Virus record (IMG/VR): IMGVR_UViG_3300031825_000032
Span: 1-41,181 of that record
Direction: 5' to 3' (one strand)
Origin: a virus
Length of the DNA: 41,181 nucleotides
Both the position numbers and the translations under genes were made by a program. The notes beneath the pieces were generated by a model, which was not told where the DNA came from, made no database searches, and saw only the letters and a list, made by a program, of their open reading frames with translations. Position 1 is the first letter of the stretch, and the number at the start of each line of letters is the position of its first letter. Shown in pieces: positions 7,523-13,955 of this stretch.

Positions 7523-7872
7523 AGGCGGGCAGGGGCCACAAATACAAGGCAATCGCATCAGAGTGCCAGCAGGGGCATAACCATCCGTCACGTCGCGAGG
7601 CCAAGCGGTGCAACGAACTGCACCTTCTCCAGCGCGCTGGCAAGATCAGCCATCTGACGATGCAGCCGGTGTTCCGGTTCTCGGTCAACGGTGTTCCGCT
7701 GATGATGCGAAACGGCCAGCAGGCGAAGTTCACGCCGGACTTCCAGTATTTCGATCTGGAGCGCGGCAAGGCCATCGTCGAGGATTCGAAGGGCATGGTG
7801 GTGCGGGATTACCCCCTGCGCGCCGCCCTGTTCCGCGCCCTGAATCCTGGCATTGAATTGATTGAGGTGTAG
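7519..7872 (+). CDS. DUF1064-family phage endonuclease-like protein
   Basis: GTG start in a GTGA overlap. GHKYKAIASECQQGHNHPSRREAKRCNELHLLQRAGKI pattern. Confidence 0.65.
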   Translation: MKAGRGHKYKAIASECQQGHNHPSRREAKRCNELHLLQRAGKISHLTMQPVFRFSVNGVPLMMRNGQQAKFTPDFQYFDLERGKAIVEDSKGMVVRDYPLRAALFRALNPGIELIEV

Positions 7873-7873
7873 G

Positions 7874-8137
7874 GTGGAACAGGAAAAGCGACGCTATCGC
7901 CATTGGGGGCAGCAAGAGGACAGCGTGATTGCGTCCATGTTTCCCGAATACAGCGACCTAGAGATTGCTGCACGTCTGGATGTTGGCGCAGCGAGTATTC
8001 GTGCGCGCCGCCGCCTGATGGGTCTGCATCGCCGTGAGGCGCGCGGAGGTCACGAAAGCGCGTATCCTGACAATTGGGAGGCCGACGCTCAGCGCGGCTC
8101 ACGCCTTCTTCTGGACGCGCTGAGGGCTATGCAGTGA
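7874..8137 (+). CDS. Small HTH protein (GcrA/Myb-like N-terminal flavour)
   Basis: WGQQEDSVIASMFPEYSDLEIAARLDVGAASIRARRRLMGL. GTG at 7874 (TTG at 7862 is also possible). Confidence 0.5.
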   Translation: MEQEKRRYRHWGQQEDSVIASMFPEYSDLEIAARLDVGAASIRARRRLMGLHRREARGGHESAYPDNWEADAQRGSRLLLDALRAMQ

Positions 8138-8550
8138 TTGACCCCATGTCGATAGCCTGCCCAACGTGTGGCGCGCGAGCGGGAAACCGATGCATCGGCC
8201 GCCGTGGCCCAAGGGCGAGTCTTCACGCTGACCGGAGATGGGGACGGCCTTCTAATGGGAAAGCGCCAGTTGTCCCTCGCTACAGGCGTCCGAAGAAGTT
8301 GGCCGGAAAAGGTTTCTATCAGAGCGATGAATGGCGCGCCGTTCGTTATTCGGCGTTGGCGCGCAGCCGCGGGTGCTGTGAGTTATGCGGCCGCGAGCCT
8401 GTTGATGGCGTGCGGCTGCATGTAGATCACATAAAGCCGCGATCGAAGTACCCGAAATTGGAGCTCGATCCTAACAATCTGCAAGTCCTCTGCGAGGACT
8501 GCAATCTTGGCAAGTCAAACACAGACGACACAGATTGGAGGCGCGAATGA
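8134..8550 (+). CDS. HNH endonuclease
   Basis: CELCG...HVDHIKPRSKYP...NLQVLCEDCNLGK. GTGA overlap start (ATG 8146 is the alternative). Confidence 0.85.
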   Translation: MIDPMSIACPTCGARAGNRCIGRRGPRASLHADRRWGRPSNGKAPVVPRYRRPKKLAGKGFYQSDEWRAVRYSALARSRGCCELCGREPVDGVRLHVDHIKPRSKYPKLELDPNNLQVLCEDCNLGKSNTDDTDWRRE

Positions 8551-9338
8551 CCGATTGGGTGCGCCTATGGCACGACATGCCGACCGACCCAAAGTGGCGC
8601 GTCATTGCCCGCAAGAGCGGCCAACCGCTTCCGTGCGTGCTGTCCGTATTCGTTCTGATGATGGCGAACGCATCAGGGAACGCATCGGAACGCGGGCATC
8701 TCAGCGCATGGGATCATGAGGACGCGGCAGCCGCGTTGGATATGGACGAAGAGGCCGTGCAGGCGATTTACGAGGCCATGCAGGGCAAGGTTCTCGAAGG
8801 AACGTATTTGACAGGCTGGGAGAAGCGCCAGCCAAAACGTGAGGATTCGACCGCATTTAAGCGGAAAGCTGAGTGGAAAGAGAGAAAGAAGAACGCATCG
8901 GAACGCAGTGGAACGCAAGGGAACGCACCAGATGCAGATTCAGATGCAGATATATCCGATGCTGACGCATCGGGCGCCGAAGCGCCGGTGGACCTTGCCA
9001 AGGCGCTTTTCGATTCCGCAGTGCCTTACCTCGTTACCCACGGCAGCAAGGAAAAGAACGCTCGGTCGATGGTCGCGAGTTGGCGGAAGACGCACGGCGA
9101 CGGCCCGGTGATCGACGCTGTTGCTGCCGCACAGCGAAACGCCGTCAGCGAGCCAATTCCGTTTATAATCAAGTATCTGGAACGAAAAGATGGACAGCAG
9201 ACCCGTGGTTTACAGCGCAATGCGCCCCCGCCAGCAAACCCCCTCCTCGCCGCCGCAATCCGTCGATACGGGAACCGCGATAGCCCAGACGGTGGCCTTG
9301 ATTTCGGTGCTTCCGTCGCGCCAACAGGGGGGCATTGA
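8547..9338 (+). CDS. Replication-initiator-like protein (lambda O-like role) carrying internal iterons
   Basis: ATGA overlap. N-terminal WVRLWHDMPTDPKWRVIA pattern, acidic middle region, iteron arrays inside the gene. Confidence 0.55.
   Translation: MTDWVRLWHDMPTDPKWRVIARKSGQPLPCVLSVFVLMMANASGNASERGHLSAWDHEDAAAALDMDEEAVQAIYEAMQGKVLEGTYLTGWEKRQPKREDSTAFKRKAEWKERKKNASERSGTQGNAPDADSDADISDADASGAEAPVDLAKALFDSAVPYLVTHGSKEKNARSMVASWRKTHGDGPVIDAVAAAQRNAVSEPIPFIIKYLERKDGQQTRGLQRNAPPPANPLLAAAIRRYGNRDSPDGGLDFGASVAPTGGH
8666..8694. repeat. Iteron cluster 1: three (G)GAACGC(A/G) boxes
   Basis: gaacgca at 8666-8672, ggaacgca at 8677-8684, ggaacgcg at 8687-8694. Confidence 0.7.
8891..8951. repeat. Iteron cluster 2: four GAACGCA boxes at exact 10-bp phase, followed by 2x CAGATGCAGAT and ATATAT
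   Basis: gaacgca at 8891, 8901, 8911 and 8921; cagatgcagat at 8929 and 8941. Confidence 0.8.
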
Positions 9339-9345
9339 CGCGGAT

Positions 9346-9657
9346 ATGCTGGTCGCGGTTTACGAGATGGTGCTACAGGATTTGCCGGGATGGGCGATCA
9401 TGGCGGCAGCGAAAGAACTGGCGCGGACGCAGACGTTTCGGCCTGCCCCCGCAGAGCTTCGAGCGGCTGCGCTTGCGGAGGTTCGGCACGAGGCTGAGAT
9501 GTCGGCGCTTCGCAACAAGCCGAAATACATTCCGCCCGAATACCAGATCGCGGGACCGCCGCCGAGCCAGGAAGAGGTCGATCGGCTGAACGCCCACGCC
9601 GCGAGCATGGGGTTATCCACCCGCTTCAACTACGACGGCACCACGTATCAAGCATAA
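9346..9657 (+). CDS. Hypothetical protein, about 103 aa (start uncertain; GTG 9292 also possible)
   Basis: ORF 9190-9657; first ATG after the upstream stop is at 9346. Confidence 0.5.
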   Translation: MLVAVYEMVLQDLPGWAIMAAAKELARTQTFRPAPAELRAAALAEVRHEAEMSALRNKPKYIPPEYQIAGPPPSQEEVDRLNAHAASMGLSTRFNYDGTTYQA

Positions 9658-9673
9658 CCAAGAGGGGCAGGGC

Positions 9674-10240
9674 ATGGCAAAGGGCAAGGGTAAACCGAAA
9701 CTCACGGTTGTTTCGACCATCGGGCCAACGGCCGAGCAGGCCAAGCGCCACGAGTACGAGACGCTGGAGAGCAAGGACAGCCGGTTCGCGAAGATCGAAA
9801 AGACGTACCGCCGCATCCCGGTTTACGTCACGATGCACAAGCAGAAGCGGATCCCCGACGATCTTATGCAGGCGTTCGGCTGGTATCGCGACCGTTGGGA
9901 CACGTCGCTGCACTCGCCGCTGCGTGACAGCCTCGGCAAGCATCAGCCCCACGGCGGCGGCAGCTACGAGCGGTTCCGTGCCCGTGTCATCGATGCCCTC
10001 GCCGATGTCGAGTACGCAGAGGCTGGTGTGCCCCCGTTCCTACGCCCCACGCTGCGCGCGATCATTCTCGACGACATCACCGCCACGGAGATCGCGCGAG
10101 CCCGTTGGGGGAAGTTCGAGCCGGGGCAGGAGCGGCTGGACAAGGTGGTTGGGGAGCTTCTGGCGGCGGGTTATCGGCTCACGCAGCAAGTTTCTCACAT
10201 TGTGCAGAATGGTCTTGCAAACCCAAGTCGCAAACGCTAA
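9674..10240 (+). CDS. Hypothetical protein, 188 aa; positional candidate for the late-gene regulator
   Basis: Last gene before the early terminator. C-terminal HTH-like segment LRAIILDDITATEIARARWG. Confidence 0.6.
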   Translation: MAKGKGKPKLTVVSTIGPTAEQAKRHEYETLESKDSRFAKIEKTYRRIPVYVTMHKQKRIPDDLMQAFGWYRDRWDTSLHSPLRDSLGKHQPHGGGSYERFRARVIDALADVEYAEAGVPPFLRPTLRAIILDDITATEIARARWGKFEPGQERLDKVVGELLAAGYRLTQQVSHIVQNGLANPSRKR

Positions 10241-10243
10241 AAC
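10215..10243 (+). promoter_or_regulatory. Candidate late promoter: TTGCAA-N17-TAAAAC
   Basis: ttgcaa at 10215-10220 and taaaac at 10238-10243. Would start a short transcript ending at the terminator 10258-10293. Confidence 0.35.
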
Positions 10244-10257
10244 GGCTGCAATGGAAG

Positions 10258-10293
10258 AACGCGGTCTGGGCATAACGCCTTGGCCGCGTTTTT
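10258..10293 (+). terminator. Rho-independent terminator between the early-right and late operons
   Basis: aacgcgg (10258-10264) pairs with ccgcgtt (10284-10290), followed by a T run to 10293. Confidence 0.6.
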
Positions 10294-10397
10294 CATTTCA
10301 CGGTTTCCCGCGCCCGTCACATCCTCACCCTGCCCCTGAGTAAATTGGCCTGCCGGATGATCGCGCGGCGCGGGAAAGCATTGCTTCGGAGGTGTAG

Positions 10398-11576
10398 ATG
10401 GCAATCACCATCGGCGCCACCACGATCGGTTCGACCGCAGCGAGCGGTACAAGTATCAACATTGGCTCCCTGACTCCTGACGCCGGTAGCGACAAGCGGG
10501 TCATTGCGGTCGGGTTCAAACATGGGACGGTTTCAGGTAGTTCGGACCCGATGTCCGCCACGTTCGGCGGAAATGCGATGTCAAAAATCGCAGAGGTTGA
10601 CGACCCGACCGATCCGCGCCGTGTTCTCGCTGTATTTGAGTACGACATTGGTTCGTCTACGACCGCTGGTGATGTGGTTTTTACTTGCTCTGTCAGCGAC
10701 CGCTGGTCCGGCATTGCTTACGTGGTTATCGGAGTTCCTGTTTCCGCCACACCACTGTCGAACACATCGACGGCACTTTCCGCTCTAAGCGTTACCTTCG
10801 CGGCGGCTGGCCTTCTTCTGGACTTCGCGGCGGTCAATACCGATGACAGCGCGACATCTGACAACGTTATTACGATCGATGGCGCGCAAACTCTTATTCG
10901 AAGTCAGAACAGGGGTGTTGGTCTAAGCACGGAAGGAAGGCTGACAGCTTCCTACAAGTCGGCAACGAGCGGGTCGCAGTCCGGCGCGAACACGAGCCCA
11001 TTTGCTGACGGCGTTGCTCATATCGTCGTTGGGTATGAGGAGGCTGGCGGGTCTTCCTTCACGGGCACGGGCTCCGCGACACTCGCCGCGTTGACTGGCG
11101 CGGCTACGGGGACGTTCTACGGGGCATTCACGGGCACGGGTGCGGCTTCTCTCGCCGCGCTTGCCGCGAGCGCAAGCGGCTGGATCACGCTGACAGGTAC
11201 GGCGGGGGCCACGCTCCCGGCGCTCACCGGGGCTGCGACCGGCACGTTCGCTGCGGCAGGGAACACGACGGCCTCGGGCGCGGCAACGATCCCATCGCTT
11301 ACCAGTGCGGCCACGGGAACATTTTTCGGCCTGTTCACCGGCACGGGCGCAGCAAGCCTCACGGCGCTGACGGCGGCGGGAGCGGGATGGGTAACAGTCA
11401 CAGGCACGGGCGCCGGGACGATCCCGTCACTGACGGCGAGCGCGACGGGAACGCTTGTTGGCGGCAACCCGTGGAGCACACAGTCGCCGAGCGTCGACAT
11501 CTGGTCAACTCAATCGGAAGCGGCGGGCGCATGGAGCCTGCAAACTGCTGCCGCTGGAACATGGACGGTGCAATGA
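10398..11576 (+). CDS. Tandem-repeat Thr/Gly/Ala-rich protein, 392 aa; first late-operon gene
   Basis: GGAGGTG SD. About 215 aa of beta-rich N-terminal domain, then about six 21-26-aa repeats (TGTGxAxLxALTxAATGTF / ...GWxTx), then a WSTQ/WSLQ/WTVQ tail. Confidence 0.8.
   Translation: MAITIGATTIGSTAASGTSINIGSLTPDAGSDKRVIAVGFKHGTVSGSSDPMSATFGGNAMSKIAEVDDPTDPRRVLAVFEYDIGSSTTAGDVVFTCSVSDRWSGIAYVVIGVPVSATPLSNTSTALSALSVTFAAAGLLLDFAAVNTDDSATSDNVITIDGAQTLIRSQNRGVGLSTEGRLTASYKSATSGSQSGANTSPFADGVAHIVVGYEEAGGSSFTGTGSATLAALTGAATGTFYGAFTGTGAASLAALAASASGWITLTGTAGATLPALTGAATGTFAAAGNTTASGAATIPSLTSAATGTFFGLFTGTGAASLTALTAAGAGWVTVTGTGAGTIPSLTASATGTLVGGNPWSTQSPSVDIWSTQSEAAGAWSLQTAAAGTWTVQ
11058..11460 (+). repeat. 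In-frame degenerate tandem repeats inside CDS 10398-11576
   Basis: Repeated acgggcacgggc...ctcgccgcg...ggcacgttc units are visible in the DNA and the translation. Confidence 0.75.
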
Positions 11577-11797
11577 AAAACACAGTGAGCGCGAAGACGA
11601 GCGCGAATGACGTTGCGGCCTACCGCGAATATTTGAAGGCGAACGCATCGCGCATCGATGTCGGGCCGATGCAGATTCACGCTGAGATCGCCAAGGTCGA
11701 CGCGCGTCTCGCCGATCCGAAGTTTGCGCACAAGCATGGCTATTACACGGCCCGCCTTGCCGAGTTGCAGTCTGTTCTTCGCGTGATGGAGGCTTAA
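11573..11797 (+). CDS. Hypothetical protein, 74 aa
   Basis: ATGA overlap at 11573-11576. Confidence 0.55.
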   Translation: MKNTVSAKTSANDVAAYREYLKANASRIDVGPMQIHAEIAKVDARLADPKFAHKHGYYTARLAELQSVLRVMEA

Positions 11798-11801
11798 GCT
11801 C

Positions 11802-12218
11802 ATGACGAACATGCGCCTTGCGACCGACACGCGGAACAAAGCCTGCGATGGTTGTGTCGATGATATCGACGCCGGGGCTGGGGCTGGCACGATCAAGATT
11901 TACGATGGCACGCAACCAGCGAGCGCGAACACGGCAGTTAGCACGCAGGTATTGCTTGCGACGCTGACGTTCAGCGACCCTGCATTTGGCGCGGCGGCGG
12001 CTGGTGTTGCGACCGCATCTGCGATCACGTCTGACACGAGCGCGGACGCGACCGGCACAGCGTCGTGGGCACGCATCGCTGACAGCGACGGCAACACGGT
12101 CTTCGACTGTGACGTTGGTACGTCCGCAACAACGATCGTTCTCAACAGTGTATCGATCACCAGCGGTGGCACTGTTGCCATTACCGCTTTCACCGTCACT
12201 CAACCGAGTGGCGAATAA
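11802..12218 (+). CDS. Conserved phage hypothetical protein, 138 aa
   Basis: Pattern IKIYDGTQPASANTAVSTQVLLATLTFSDPAFGAAAAGVATA...TGTASWARIADSDGNTVFDCDVG, recalled from other phages; function unknown. Confidence 0.6.
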   Translation: MTNMRLATDTRNKACDGCVDDIDAGAGAGTIKIYDGTQPASANTAVSTQVLLATLTFSDPAFGAAAAGVATASAITSDTSADATGTASWARIADSDGNTVFDCDVGTSATTIVLNSVSITSGGTVAITAFTVTQPSGE

Positions 12219-12242
12219 CTCAATCCTGAAACGGCCCAGCCT

Positions 12243-12632
12243 ATGAGCGCTATACAAAGCGGCGATAAGCGAGATGAGGCCGGGCGCTTCATTATCCCGC
12301 CTAAATCTCCCGGCCGTCCGAAAGGCTCCCGCAACAAACTCGGCGAAGCGTTCGTGGCTGACATGCTCGCTGACTGGGAGGTTCACGGAATTGCGACCAT
12401 TCAGGAAGTCCGTGAGACGAAGCCGGATCAATACCTGAAGGTCGTTGCGTCGATCCTGCCGAAGGAACTCAACATCAAGGTGAATGAGCTTGACGAGCTT
12501 AGCGACGAACAGCTCCAGCGACAGCTTGCCGCCGTCGTGGCGCAGCTTGCAGATGCAGGCTTTGACGCTCTCACGCGAATTGCAGAGGCGAAGGTCGCGG
12601 AACAGGCTGTCGACGTATCAGCCGTACACTAA
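12243..12632 (+). CDS. terS: Terminase small subunit
   Basis: GRPKGSRNKLGEAF N-terminal motif; lies directly upstream of the large terminase. Confidence 0.7.
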   Translation: MSAIQSGDKRDEAGRFIIPPKSPGRPKGSRNKLGEAFVADMLADWEVHGIATIQEVRETKPDQYLKVVASILPKELNIKVNELDELSDEQLQRQLAAVVAQLADAGFDALTRIAEAKVAEQAVDVSAVH

Positions 12633-13215
12633 GCAGCGGGAGTTTCACGACGCCGGGCTTGTTCACCGTGAGCGGCTTTTCATGGCTGGCAACCAGCTTG
12701 GCAAGACAGTCGCGGGCAGCATGGAAGTGGCCATGCACCTCACGGGCAAATATCCCGAATGGTGGGGCGGACGCAGGTTCGACTTGCCAACGCGCTGGTG
12801 GGTTTCAGGCGAGACGCGCGTATCGACGCGAGACACGGTCCAGAAGCTGCTGATCGGCCCGCCTGAGCGTGAGGAAGACTGGGGCACGGGCTCGATACCT
12901 GGTGACGCGCTGCTCGATACCAATCGGGCGATGGGCGTTGCGAACGGCCTCGATAGCGCGACGGTGAAGCATGAGAGCGGCGGGACATCGACGGTCCTGT
13001 TCAAGGCTTACGAGCAGGGCCGGGCGAAGTGGCAGGGCGATACGCTTCACGGCGTGTGGTTCGATGAGGAGCCGCCGCTTGATATTTACACGGAAGGGCT
13101 GACGCGCACCAACGCGACGGACGGGCTGGTGTTCCTGACGTTCACGCCTCTGAAGGGCATGAGCGACGTTGTTCAGATGTTCCTTAGCGACAGCGATTTG
13201 CAGGCGATGAAATGA
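12553..13215 (+). CDS. terL: Terminase large subunit, ATPase half (start uncertain; ORF opens at 12484 inside terS)
   Basis: YQPYTKQREFH, Walker A GNQLGKT, Walker B-like GVWFDEEP. Ends ...LQAMK* at 13215. Confidence 0.8.
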   Translation: MQALTLSRELQRRRSRNRLSTYQPYTKQREFHDAGLVHRERLFMAGNQLGKTVAGSMEVAMHLTGKYPEWWGGRRFDLPTRWWVSGETRVSTRDTVQKLLIGPPEREEDWGTGSIPGDALLDTNRAMGVANGLDSATVKHESGGTSTVLFKAYEQGRAKWQGDTLHGVWFDEEPPLDIYTEGLTRTNATDGLVFLTFTPLKGMSDVVQMFLSDSDLQAMK

Positions 13216-13955
13216 GCCGCACCGTCATCCGCATGACGATCGAGGACGCGGAGCATTACTCGCCGGAGAAGCGCGCGGAGATTATCGCAAGCTACCCGGC
13301 GCACGAACGCGAGGCGAGGGCAAAGGGGATCCCGACGCTTGGCTCGGGGCGTGTGTTTCCCGTGTCTGAAGAGGCGATCAAGGTTCCTGCGTTCGCGATC
13401 CCGGATCACTGGGCGCAGATCGGCGGTCTCGACTTCGGTTGGGATCATCCGTTCGCGGCGGTGAGGCTGGCGCACGATCGGGATGCCGACATTCTGTACG
13501 TCGTGAACAGCTACGGCGTGCGGGAGCAGACGCCGGTGTTCCATGCTGCTGCACTGAAGCCGTGGGGTGACTGGCTGCCGTGGGCATGGCCTCACGACGG
13601 ATTGCAGCACGACAAGGGCTCAGGCGAGGCGCTGGCGCATCAATACCGCGATCAGGGGCTGAACATGCTCCACGAGCGCGCAACGTTCGAGGATGGCGGC
13701 TTCGGCGTCGAGGCTGGTGTTGCCGATATGTTGGACCGGATGCTGACGGGCCGATGGAAGGTGTTCGATCACCTTGAGGACTGGTTTTCTGAATTCCGAA
13801 TGTATCACCGGAAGGAAGGGTTGATCGTGAAGCTCATGGACGATCGGCTCTCTGCCTCCAGGTACGCAATGATGATGCGCCGCTATGCGGACACGCCGCC
13901 GTCAGCGAGCGCGGCGGTGCCTGTCTATCGTGGCGCCGGAGGGTGGATGGGCTGA
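13212..13955 (+). CDS. terL: Terminase large subunit, nuclease half, as a separate ORF in the -1 frame
   Basis: ATG 13212 overlaps TGA 13213-13215. Contains IGGLDFGWDHPFA and KLMDDRLSASRY nuclease-domain motifs. Confidence 0.8.
   Translation: MSRTVIRMTIEDAEHYSPEKRAEIIASYPAHEREARAKGIPTLGSGRVFPVSEEAIKVPAFAIPDHWAQIGGLDFGWDHPFAAVRLAHDRDADILYVVNSYGVREQTPVFHAAALKPWGDWLPWAWPHDGLQHDKGSGEALAHQYRDQGLNMLHERATFEDGGFGVEAGVADMLDRMLTGRWKVFDHLEDWFSEFRMYHRKEGLIVKLMDDRLSASRYAMMMRRYADTPPSASAAVPVYRGAGGWMG

Noticed and set aside
8890-8960. CRISPR-like or minisatellite array (also considered for the PT tract at 27063-27119 and the repeats at 11058-11460)
   Set aside because: The units are 7-12 bp, or are in-frame degenerate coding repeats inside ORFs. 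There are no spacers of unique sequence and no cas genes.
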